A stretch of DNA of 64,000 nucleotides from Eledone cirrhosa (taxonomy: Eukaryota), in contig OZ024745.1 of assembly GCA_964016885.1 (NCBI GenBank), positions 2,170,001 to 2,234,000 of the forward strand. Reading direction: 5' to 3'. The notes beneath the pieces were generated by a model. It had not been told where the DNA came from. It did no database searches and worked only from the letters and a program-made list of their open reading frames with translations. Positions within the stretch are counted from its first letter, which is position 1. Every line of letters starts with the position of its first letter. This document shows positions 1 to 9,816 of the stretch, one piece after another. The translations under genes were made by a program, and so were the position numbers.

Positions 1-2760
1 GAACTGAAAGGGAATTAACAAATAGAGTAGAAGAGGCGATTAGGAGTGGCAACGTGGCCGGCGTGCTGGCGTCAAGAACGGCCCTAGACCAGTTCTTTGA
101 TGCGAAGCACGAGGGCTGCGTTGTCAGGAGTAAAATACGTGCTCTGGGTAACGAGGGAGCCAAAGCTGTTAGCTGGGCCTGAGTGACAGAGGCAAAAAGT
201 GGAAACAAGTCCACGATTCGGTCTTTGAAGGACCAGGATGGACGCGTGATCCTTGAACCTGAGCGGATGAGCGCGGCCTTTCAACGGCGCTTTGCACGAC
301 TGTTCGGGAGGGGCGGCGGGCTGGGTGGGGCCATGGATTTCGGTCCATACCTCGACGGTCTGGCGCGGCTCTCGGACGGGGAGGCGAAGTCCTGCGAGAG
401 GCCGATTTCAGCCGCTGAAATAGGGGAAGCGCTGAGCCAATGCGGCAAACGCAAATCTCCGGGTCTCGATGGTCTACCATACGAACTTTATGTAGCGATG
501 CCGGGCTTGTTCTCCGGTCTCCTCGAGGCGGTCTACTGCAACTGGCAACAGAACGGGAGAATTCCCTGTACTGTGACCAAGGGCGTAGTCACGCTGGTGA
601 GGAAGGACGAGAACAAGAGGGATGACATAGATAACTTCAGGCCCATAACTCTGCTAAACACAGAGTTAAAGATTTTGGCCAAGGTGTTAGCGAAGAGGTT
701 GGCGCTTGTCGTCGGAACCTGGTGGGAGAAGCGCAGACATGCGCAATCCCGTCCAGGTCCATACACGACAACGTCCACCTCATGCGATACATCGTAGAGA
801 GGGTAGGGAACGAACCCGGCTTTGGTGGGGCCCTGATCAACTTGGATCAATCTAAAGCGTTCGATAGGGTTGACCATCGGTACCTGGATGCGGTGCTCGC
901 GGCGGCAGGCTTCAGACCCGTTTTCAGGGGCTGTATTGCTGCAATGCACAACAGCAACACCTGCTCGAGGGTCAAGGCGAACGGCTACCTCCCGGAGCCG
1001 TTCCAAATCACGCGATCAATTCGACAGGGATGCCCTCTCTCCTCCCTCCTGTATGTGCTGGCTCTCGAGCCACTACTGAGGAAGCTGGAGCTGTTGCAGG
1101 GCATCCCCTTGGAACCAGGATTGCGGAAAGCGGTTCGGCCTACGCCGATGACGTGACAGTAATGGTGTCGTGCGCCTCGGAAATCGGGCAGATCGGCACC
1201 TTACTGGAGGAATATGAAAGGTTCACAGGAGCCAAGCTGAACCGGGACAAGTCCGTCGGCTTGCAACTCGGGACGTGGAGGGGCAAAACGATGCCCTCCG
1301 ACGGCATCGTCGGACGCTGGACGGAGGGACCGGTGAAGCTGCTCGGGGTCTGGTTCGGACCGGACCTCCAGGTGGAGAAAAACTGGGACGAGGTAACGGG
1401 CAAGGTGTTTGCACTCGCCCAGAAGTGGGCCGAGTGCAAACTATCCCTGAAAGGTCGAGCGGAGGTGGCGAACGCTTATATAGCGTCCGTCATCTACTAC
1501 CGCTTGACCGTCGTGCCTTGCCCAGAGAAAACACTCGCCAAAATGGAGCGCGCGCTCTTCCGATTTCTTTGGAAGAAGCGGGCTCCTTTGGTGAGAAGAT
1601 CCATCTGCTGTCAACACCCTTCGAACGGAGGGCTGGGGATGCCGTGGCTGACGATGCGTAGACACGCATTAAGGCTACGGCACCTCCAGGTATTCCTCAC
1701 CGGTCAGCCGGTGTGGGCCCTGTTTGTGAGGCGAGCCTTTCCGAGACTCGTCTCACTCACCGAGCTGCAATCCTGGGTCAAGCAAAGACCGAGAAAAGTG
1801 GGCGACTGGCACATTGAATGTGCCCAGGCGCTCACGGCCCTCTGGCAAGCGGATCCGGCAATCAGTGGAGACTCAACCTCAACATTCTATAGAGGGTTGG
1901 TGCGCAGTAAGTGCGACGACGCTCTCGGAGAGGCTCTGGGCATGGAGGAAGACGAGCTGGCCAGTCTGTTCGGTAGGACGTTTGGCCCGGGACCCATGGA
2001 CAACTTCCAAAAGTCCCTGGCTTGGCAATGTTACCGAGGAGCTCTACCCGTTCGGGACAAGCTCTACAGACACGGGCGACCGGGTAGGGACCCCTCGAAG
2101 AAGATCTGTCCAAGATGCGTGCGTGACGAGGAAACCGTCGCGCACGCATTCGTACACTGCCCGGGCGTTGCTGACCTGTGGGGCTAAATAGAACGACTAC
2201 TGTCGCGGGTGGGACCAATCCGGTTGACCACCGAGAACATTGTCACAATCAAACCGCCTCCCCCTTTCAAAAAGGAAGGAGAGGCGGTTTTCCTCTGTGT
2301 GATAGCCATGGCGAAAGAAGTTGTATGGTGGACAAGGTTGAAAGGGCTGAGGTCAGACACCCATCTCTCCGGCCAACAACTGGTCTTTTTTTTCAAGTAC
2401 CACTTTAGAAGAAGGATCAGAATGGAGAGAGAGGTGCTCTACCCCAGCAAGTTTTATGAAAGATGGGTGAAAGTAGCGAGAATGGCCCGAGTGAATGGGC
2501 CTTCTCTCTATAGCAGCCTGTAGGTGAGAGAGGAGAAGAATGAGAAGAGGAAGGAAGCACCCGCTCTTTGTGCTCCTGAAGAGGAGGGTTGCACATTTTT
2601 TCGGGGGTGTGTGCGACCCATGTCAACGCCCCTCCCTATTGAGGACATCGATTGTTAAATTTAATTTGTTATGTTTTTTACACGTCTTTTTAAATGTATG
2701 TAAACTCCCCCCTTGTATTTGTCCCAATCTTTGATGCCCTGGTGGCAAATAAATAGAAAT
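1..2760 (+). mobile_element. L1/Tx1-clade non-LTR retrotransposon, 3' part (ORF2 RT, C-terminal CCHC finger, 3' UTR); continues off the left edge
   Basis: RT motifs [59 protein letters not shown] (YADD at 1141-1152), GGLG and the zf-RVT-like CPRC-x8-H-x4-C at about 2107-2160. 3' UTR ends with AATAAA near 2748. Confidence 0.9.
3..2523 (+). pseudogene. Disrupted Tx1-type ORF2 reverse transcriptase
   Basis: One protein is split across track ORFs 183-797, 722-1156, 1030-2187 and 2209-2523. Lesions: in-frame TGA at 180-182, frameshifts near 718 and 1130, and a premature TAA at 2185-2187 after which the same frame continues to 2523. Confidence 0.85.
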
Positions 2761-2939
2761 ATATATCAATCAACCCCAAACTCTACCAACTTTCCTCTCT
2801 ATATCAATTAGCACCAAACTCTCCCCCTCTCTATATCTATATCCATCTCTCCCATCTGTCTTTACATAATATGTACATAAATTGAAGCGCATGTTCAAAT
2901 AGATGTGAGTTTGGTAGTCTGGGGAGAAAAATATAATTA

Positions 2940-2987
2940 TGAGGGGGTGGGGAGCATGGGCTCCTCTGCCCCCCATTTCCACCGTCC

Positions 2988-2990
<3 letters not shown>
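2940..2990. mobile_element. Possible end of a small non-autonomous DNA transposon (CCCTG followed by TA)
   Basis: GC-rich stretch ending CCACCGTCCCTG abutting (TA)n. No partner terminal repeat is visible in the window. Confidence 0.2.

Positions 2991-3042
<52 letters not shown>
2991..3042. repeat. (TA)n microsatellite
   Basis: Pure TA run. Confidence 0.98.
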
Positions 3043-3044
<2 letters not shown>

Positions 3045-4464
3045 GAAAAAATTTGAACAGGGACAAAACAGAGAGGCAGTACAATAAATGTTTATTAATT
3101 TCACGCTCAGGAGAGTGGGGGTAGGTGGGGGACGACGTTTCGGGCATAAGCCCTTCCTCAGGTGAGAAGTGTGTGGGAACAGAGTTCAAAAGGTGTGTAG
3201 GGGAGTGGTGGAGAGACATATAGCGAAAAAAGATAAAAAATTTAAAAATAAAGCATGATCAAAATAAACTGAAATTAAAAGGGGGGTAAATAGGTGGTGG
3301 AAGGGTGTGGGGTGAGTAGGGGTGGTGGCGGGTGGAGTGGGGAGAGGGAGACGGGGTGTCCGAGCGGGGAGGGCTGAAGGTGGTGTGTGTGTGTAGGTGT
3401 GCGTGTGTGTGTGTGTGTGTATGTGAAAGTAAGGGTTGGGGGAAGAACGGGGTTGCATGTTCAGGAAGAGGTGTGTGTGGGGGGTGTTTTTGTGGGTCGG
3501 AGTGTCTGTGCTTGTGTGGATAGCGGGGTGGGGGGAGAGGAATCAGGAGGCTGAGGGTGTAAATATGTGGTGGGAAGCACGTGTGTGTGGGGTTAAAGTG
3601 TGTTGTGGGTGTGGGTGGCGTGTGGAGAAAAAATTTTTTTTGGAGTGTGTGTGTGGGTGAGTTATATAGGTGATGACGTGAGAGGATGGTTGAAAAGTTG
3701 GTAAGTTCCAAGGATTTTGGAGGATTGGTTATAAGTCAATTTCTGCGTGTGGGTAATCCATGAAGCGGTGGTCGGAAGAGGAGAGATGTGGGGTGCGCGC
3801 GCAACAGGAAGTGGTCAGCAGTGGGAGTGCTGTGGTCTGTTGGTGCTGGGAGGTGGTCAGAAGGGCATAGCAGCAGTCGGTGGAATGGTAAGGGGGCGAG
3901 GATGGGTAGGTGTGAAAGTTGGAGTGAGGAGGGTGTGTGTGTGTCTGTGTGTATTAGTAGGGGTGTTAGTGGGATGAGTGAATGTGGAGCGGGGGTGTGG
4001 GTGGAGCGGGGAGAGAAGGGTGTGTGTGGTTCTATGGAGGGAGTGTGGTGTACTGGTGTGTGTGTAGTTTGGTGAAGAGGTGTTAGTGGGTGTTAGTATA
4101 CGGGGGGTGGGGAGGGGTTGAAAGCAGGTGTGAGTGGGGGTTAGTGGTGGTAGGGTGTGTAGAGTTGGTGGTGTACGAGGGTGTGTGGGTACGTGTGCGT
4201 GGGGTTGGGGGGTGTTAGTGATATTAGTTGCGTGTGGGGTGGGTGCGTGTGTGCGTGTGATAAGGAGGGGGAGGAGGAGAAGAGGGAGGGAAGGGATGTT
4301 AGTATGTTAGTTGGGGAAGGGTGGTCAGATGAGGGGTGGAGTGGAGGTGTTAGTATTGTTAGTGTGGGGTGGGTGGTGAAAAGGAGGGGTGTGTTAGTGG
4401 TGTGAGTGGGGGATAAGTGTGTGGGGGGAGGGGGGCGGTCGAACGCTAAAGGAATAAGGGTGGG
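3043..4464 (-). mobile_element. Penelope-like element 3' UTR/pLTR only; inverted, diverged copy of 11735-13383
   Basis: The reverse complement aligns by eye to 11735-13383, from the last ORF codons (CCCACCCTTATTCCTTTAG) to the terminus. It has scattered substitutions and lacks about 170 bp corresponding to ~11955-12125. TA runs flank both sides. Confidence 0.92.
3132..3163 (-). ncRNA. Minimal type I hammerhead ribozyme (PLE type)
   Basis: Minus strand AC-CTGAGGA-A-GGGC-TTAT-GCCC-GAA-ACGT-C-GT, identical to 13261-13292. Confidence 0.75.
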
Positions 4465-4474
4465 ATATATATAT

Positions 4475-5311
4475 AGTAATAAAAATATATTTATATATGT
4501 TTGATACAACTATAAATATGTAGGGTAGTACTAAGTACTAGCCGGTTACCGGTATGACAAAAGGCTCAATGCAAATTTTCAAGTGTTTTACAGAGCCGAG
4601 ATACAAAGTGTTAAAACGATCAAATTTTAGTTTAGAACATTTATTTGCTGACAATTGTTTCTTCCAGAGGGAAGTCTGGAATCATCGGAGCATAGGGAAT
4701 GTCGAACCATGTTACTAAAATCCTAGTCATTTACAACATTTAGGGTACATAATTGTTTTTAGTGTCAAAGGCATCGTGTGGAAAGTCAGGAGTTAAAAAG
4801 ATGTTTTGTTTGAAATAACACAATTACAGGCAGCACTGGTTGGAAGTGTAGTAGGTATAAGTAAAAAGTACAAGCAAAAAAAAATCACAAGCAAAAAAAT
4901 CTCACAAACAAAAAGAAACACAGGCAAAAAAGTTATAAGCAAGGACAATTGGTGTACAATGTAGAAGTTAATACAGCCAATAAGACATGTATGAGGAAAG
5001 AGTTAAAATGCAGTTGAAATAAACATATTTTGTGTGGGGTGATAAAGCTTGTTATAATTGTTATGAATGTTTAAGATAATATGCAATTTGTTAGAGAGGC
5101 ATGTGGTGATAATGTAGGTATTTGTTATGTAAGGTGTAATGCAAAGCACGTGATACAGTTGGATATGTGATGTTCATTCAAGTGTTTTTGTGTTGAAGTT
5201 CGTATGTATGTGTGTATGTTGTTTGTAACTCACAGCTATTAACCATGGGATTATTTTGAATCGTTTATAGCCATTTATAGTAATTAAGGTTGTTGTAACA
5301 ACCTTAATTAC
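4475..5311 (-). mobile_element. Probable 3' remnant of a second PLE family
   Basis: Minus-strand HHR (4646-4692) directly followed by AATAAA, and a fold-back hairpin at the inferred 5' junction (5280-5311). No clear coding remnant; boundaries are approximate. Confidence 0.45.
4646..4692 (-). ncRNA. Minimal type I hammerhead ribozyme, U4C core variant
   Basis: Minus strand TGCT-CCGATGA-TTCCAGA-cttccc-TCTGGAA-GAA-ACAATTGT-C-AGCA: 4-bp stem I, 7-bp stem II, palindromic stem III, GUC cleavage triplet. Confidence 0.75.
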
Positions 5312-5354
5312 CTCCCTTTACAACTTCCTGTGTAAACTCAAAAAATCAAGCAAC

Positions 5355-5392
5355 CTCTCTCTCTCTATCTCTCTCTCTCTCTCTCTCTCTCG

Positions 5393-5476
<84 letters not shown>

Positions 5477-5483
5477 CTATCTA

Positions 5484-5551
<68 letters not shown>
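5355..5551. repeat. Compound (CT)n/(TA)n microsatellite
   Basis: Direct inspection. Confidence 0.97.
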
Positions 5552-5553
<2 letters not shown>

Positions 5554-6972
5554 CTTTGAATAACTTTGAAATGTTTTGGCCAGTATTGGCCCAGGCCATG
5601 TCTAACTTAATAGCACCACCTGGCGAAGTCTTTCAATTCAGGATTTGGGCACCATGGCCCATTCGAGAAGATAATTACTGTTTGCGGAGACATATCCGGG
5701 TGTGGGTGGTTTGTCCGGGATTACTTGGAGGAATTTGTCCAAAGGCTTCTTGAATTTTGTGTGGTCAGTTTCTGTTTTGACGTGTCCTGGTGTGATGTTG
5801 AAGAGAGCAGGGCCGATTGAGGTGAAATAATTGTGCCGTATTGTTGTTATGAGTTGCGATTTAGATTTTTGTATGGGACGGATAGCACGGGGACCAAGCC
5901 TTGGGTTTATCTTGAAGGCGATGCCAACATCATTTGGGCAGTGATGATGGAACATTTTCCACATCATGCAGATAATATAACGCTCACGGCGACGTTGGAG
6001 TGAGTAAAGTTTCAGGTTTTCTAGTCGACCCCAGTAGTCAAGGTCTGACATGCCATCTATCTTTTTCGTGATTGCCCTTTGAGGAGCTTCAAGTTTCATG
6101 ATACTTTGTTTCGTGTGGGGAGACCACAGTGGACAACAGTATTCAAGGTGTGGTCGGACAAAAGTAGAGAAGAGAAGGATAATGGTGTGGGAATCTCTCG
6201 ACTGGAAGGTTCTGAGGATCCAGGAACACATTCTGCGGGCCATGTCAACTTTGCTGCTTATATGCGTGGCCCAGCTTATGTTGCTGTCCACGGTTACTCC
6301 CAAGTCTCTGATGTTGTTAGATGCCACGAGAGTTTCCCCGGAGGGAAGGGAGTACGGGAGTTTCAGAGCATCCTCTTTTCCAAAGTGGATCAGTTCGAAT
6401 TTGTCTTCGTTCAGTAACATGTTGTTCTTTTCCGCCCATTGGGTAACAGCCAGTAGGTCTGACTGAAGGCTTATCCGGTCATCCACGCCATTGATGACCT
6501 TTTGGAGCTTGGAATCATCAGCGAAAATTTTAATGTTGCTGTGTTTGATGATGTCAGTAATGTCATTAATATAGATGATGAAGAGAAGTGGGCCCAACAC
6601 AGTGCCTTGTGGGACCCCACTACTGACTTTGGCTGGGCTGGATTTGACTCCTTCAACTACAACATGTTGGGTTCTGTTTGACAGGAAGCTCTTGATCCAC
6701 TGCAGCAGCTTTCCAGTGACACCAATATTGGACAGCTTTCTGAGTAGAACGTTATGATCAACCCTGTCAAAGGCCTTGCTGAAATCAAGGTAGATAACAT
6801 CAGTGTTGGAACCCTCTCCCAAGGCTCTCAAAATGTCATCAAAGTGATGCAGTAGCTGCGTCAGGCAATCCCTTCCATTACGGAATCCATGCTGGTTGGA
6901 GTTCAGCATATTGTTACTCTCAAGGAAGTGGGTCATTCGCGATCTCACCACTCTCTCAAATACCTTAATGAT
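5552..6972 (-). mobile_element. 5'-truncated CR1-group LINE with short 3' UTR and (TTCAAAGTTA)2 tail
   Basis: RT ORF, then about 85 bp of 3' UTR ending in a tandem-repeat tail. Both ends abut (TA)n. Confidence 0.88.
5638..6972 (-). CDS. CR1-type reverse transcriptase, C-terminal ~440 aa (5' truncated, frame uninterrupted)
   Basis: [60 protein letters not shown]. The frame stays open upstream of the track start ([10 protein letters not shown]) to the truncation point. Confidence 0.88.
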   Translation of the reverse strand: MIKVFERVVRSRMTHFLESNNMLNSNQHGFRNGRDCLTQLLHHFDDILRALGEGSNTDVIYLDFSKAFDRVDHNVLLRKLSNIGVTGKLLQWIKSFLSNRTQHVVVEGVKSSPAKVSSGVPQGTVLGPLLFIIYINDITDIIKHSNIKIFADDSKLQKVINGVDDRISLQSDLLAVTQWAEKNNMLLNEDKFELIHFGKEDALKLPYSLPSGETLVASNNIRDLGVTVDSNISWATHISSKVDMARRMCSWILRTFQSRDSHTIILLFSTFVRPHLEYCCPLWSPHTKQSIMKLEAPQRAITKKIDGMSDLDYWGRLENLKLYSLQRRRERYIICMMWKMFHHHCPNDVGIAFKINPRLGPRAIRPIQKSKSQLITTIRHNYFTSIGPALFNITPGHVKTETDHTKFKKPLDKFLQVIPDKPPTPGYVSANSNYLLEWAMVPKS

Positions 6973-7147
6973 CTATATATATATATATCTATATATATAT
7001 CTATATATATATATCTATATATATATATCTATATATATATATATATATATATCTATATATATATATATATCTATATATCTATATATCTATATATATCTAT
7101 ATATATATATATCTATATCTATATATATATCTATATATATATATATA

Positions 7148-7190
<43 letters not shown>

Positions 7191-7397
7191 ATCTATATCT
7201 ATATATATATATATCTCTATATATATATATATCTATATCTATATATATATATATATATATATATAATCTATATATATATATATATATCTATATATATATA
7301 TATATATATATATAATCTATATATATATATATATAATCTATATATATATATATATATCTATATATATATATATATATATATATATAATCTATATATA

Positions 7398-7442
<45 letters not shown>

Positions 7443-7478
7443 ATATATATATATCTATATATATATATATATATATAT
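6973..7478. repeat. (TA)n microsatellite with TC interruptions
   Basis: Direct inspection. Confidence 0.97.
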
Positions 7479-7551
7479 AAAGAAAAAGGGATGAAATCGA
7501 AAATTCAACTGAAGTCTTATTTTTTTTTAAAATATATATATTTATTTGGTT

Positions 7552-7589
7552 CCTTTACCGGTTTCGCAGTTCTTCTGCTTTTCAAAAGG
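7552..7589 (-). ncRNA. Minimal type I hammerhead ribozyme, U3:A8 variant (left arm)
   Basis: Exact reverse complement of 7680-7717. Confidence 0.7.
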
Positions 7590-7679
7590 TGAGTTGAGAT
7601 GGAGGGTCTGTGGTTTTTCTCACATCTAGTGAGAAAAACCACGATGTGAGAAAAACCACAGACCCTCCATCTCAACTCA

Positions 7680-7717
7680 CCTTTTGAAAAGCAGAAGAAC
7701 TGCGAAACCGGTAAAGG
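7680..7717 (+). ncRNA. Minimal type I hammerhead ribozyme, U3:A8 variant (right arm)
   Basis: CCTT-TTGAAAA-GCAG-aagaa-CTGC-GAA-ACCGGT-A-AAGG: stem I CCTT/AAGG, stem II GCAG/CTGC, palindromic stem III, GUA triplet, AATAAA a few nt downstream. Confidence 0.7.
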
Positions 7718-7789
7718 AACCAAATAAATATATATATTTTTTAAAAAAATAAGACTTCAGTTGCATTTTCGATTTCATCCCTTTTTCTT

Positions 7790-7821
<32 letters not shown>

Positions 7822-7822
<1 letters not shown>

Positions 7823-8407
7823 GGTGGCTGCCAACTCGTTTTCGAGTACGGCCACTACTTTATATCCATGTAGGAGAACCCCTACCGATGCGCTGAACGA
7901 GTGTGACTTTTTAGTCCAGCCAGCGACTTGAAAACTCTGGTACAAACACTACACTTGTGACAATTATTGACACATAGTGCTGGGCCCATGGTACCATGTG
8001 ACGACAAGTGCAGAGAGATCTCCAGATACAAAGCAATACCTGTGCCGTGAAGCTTTTATGGTGAGCAAAGGCACTGCACAAAGCCAGTCCCACTCGCTTA
8101 ACCAAGATGATATTTACCAAAAAGAAGAACAAGTCAACATCATTGGATACCATCAGGGTTGCAAGTGTTATATCAGAGTTTTCCTTCTCCTAGAATTCTG
8201 CCTTGACAAAGGCTAAGGGGTCATCTCTCCCGGTGATTTTGGATGGCCATTGACTCTTAAGAGCTCCTTTGCCCTTTGACAGGTTTTGTTTTTAGTCCTG
8301 CAGGATGTCCAAAGTCACCCTCCTCACCAAGAAACCTTGGTGGGGTTGCCAGTTTAGTCGCCAACGACCCGACCATGGGACAGGTTGTACTGGGATACAT
8401 GTTACCA
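7822..8407 (-). mobile_element. Non-autonomous RTE-derived element (5'-UTR-like part joined to a 3' end), copy 1
   Basis: Minus strand carries CTAGGAGAAGGAAAACTCTG, which I recognise from RTE 5' UTRs (recollection, not searched). It then has a C2H2-like C-terminus ([23 protein letters not shown]) and a short tail with hairpin CTCG-AAAA-CGAG. No RT present. Confidence 0.55.
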
Positions 8408-8530
8408 ACATATATATATATATACATATATATACACATACATATACATATACATACATATATACATAAACATACTCATATATATACATACATATATATA
8501 TATAAACATACATATATATATATACATACA

Positions 8531-8822
8531 TGGTGGCTGCCAACTCGTTTTCGAGTACGGCCACTACTTTATATCCATGTAGGAGAACCCCTACCGATGC
8601 GCTGAACGAGTGTGACTTTTTAGTCCAGTCAGCGACTTGAAAACTCTGGCACAAATACCCCACTTGTGACCATTATTGACATATAGTGCTGGGCCCATGG
8701 TACATGTGATGACAAGTGCAGAGATATCTCCAGATATAAAGCAATGCCTGTGCCGTGAAGCTTTTATAGTGACAGGTTGTACTGGGATACATGTTACCAG
8801 TAGCACCAACTGGTGACCTGAC
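8531..8822 (-). mobile_element. Same RTE-derived element, copy 2, with an internal deletion of about 316 bp
   Basis: 8531-8770 matches 7822-8062 and 8771-8798 matches 8379-8407. Confidence 0.6.
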
Positions 8823-8876
8823 ACATATATATACATATATATATACATATACATACATATATACATATATATATAC

Positions 8877-8907
<31 letters not shown>

Positions 8908-9063
8908 CATATACACATATATATACATATACATATATATACATACATATATATATATATACATATACATATATATATATATATACATACATATATATAT
9001 ACATATATATATACATACACATATACATATATATATATATATATATATACATACATATACATA
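8823..9063. repeat. (TA/CA) compound microsatellite; similar tracts at 8408-8530 and 9503-9812
   Basis: Direct inspection. Confidence 0.95.
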
Positions 9064-9502
9064 TCATCAGGTCGAGCTTGCTCGGCTTTCTACGACACGT
9101 TTCCTCCATCCCTCTCTGTCTCTCATAGCGTTTGCCAGTTCTTCCGCAGTGCATCCAGTATCGTCTTCAAGTTGCTTGACGTATGTCTTCTTGGAACGAC
9201 CAGCGTTTCTTACTCCGTGAGATGGACTCCATAACAGCACATCAGCTGCTATTTCTTCCTAGCTGCGCCAACAGTGACCAGCAAATCTGCATATCTGTCA
9301 ACGTATTGACCTGCTGATAGGTGGTATCTTGCCATAGAGATCCTTATTTCTTGGGTGTCCCCTCGAAGACAATGTTTAAAGCAGCACGGAGCATACGTGT
9401 GTATGCCCCGTCTAGCTTTTTCTCCAGTTTCTACGTTAGCGTCCAAGTGATAGAGCCATAAACTAGCACAGACTCCACAGCAGCTCTAAAGAAATTCCTT
9501 TT
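9064..9502 (-). mobile_element. RTE-clade (RTE-X/Expander-like) LINE 3' fragment, decayed
   Basis: Minus-strand translation across frames: [74 protein letters not shown], ending at TGA. Confidence 0.8.
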
Positions 9503-9573
9503 CATATATATATACATATATACATATATATATACATATATGCATAAACATACATATATATATATAAACATAC

Positions 9574-9608
<35 letters not shown>

Positions 9609-9609
9609 C

Positions 9610-9640
<31 letters not shown>

Positions 9641-9816
9641 CATATACATATACATATACACATATATATATACATACAAATATATACATATATATATATA
9701 TACAGACATACATATATATACTTTTATATATATACATATATATACAAATATATACATACACACATATACATATATATATACATACATACATATATATATA
9801 CAAATATATATACAGC

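Larger units (their letters stand above)
7479..7790. repeat. 312-bp near-perfect palindrome (arms 7479-7626 and 7643-7790), one hammerhead per arm; probable fold-back PLE 3' end
   Basis: Arms are reverse complements with only a few differences, separated by the 16-bp spacer TAGTGAGAAAAACCAC and embedded in (TA)n. Confidence 0.95.

Noticed and set aside
533-2218. Antisense and alternative-frame ORFs over the Tx1 RT (likewise over the CR1 and PLE ORFs)
   Set aside because: Shadow ORFs of GC-rich or skewed coding sequence, with no recognisable motifs
7479-7790. Classical MITE interpretation
   Set aside because: Arms carry an HHR plus poly(A) signal and the centre shows a fold-back scar, which favours a retroelement origin. 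A target-site duplication cannot be assessed in (TA)n.
8330-8410. Possible HDV-like ribozyme at the 5' end of the RTE-derived element (minus strand CCAGT...GG-TCG-ttgg-CGA-CTAA-ACTGG)
   Set aside because: P2, P4 and J4/2 fit, but I could not build a convincing P1 and P3 by hand; needs an RNAmotif or Infernal search on the family consensus
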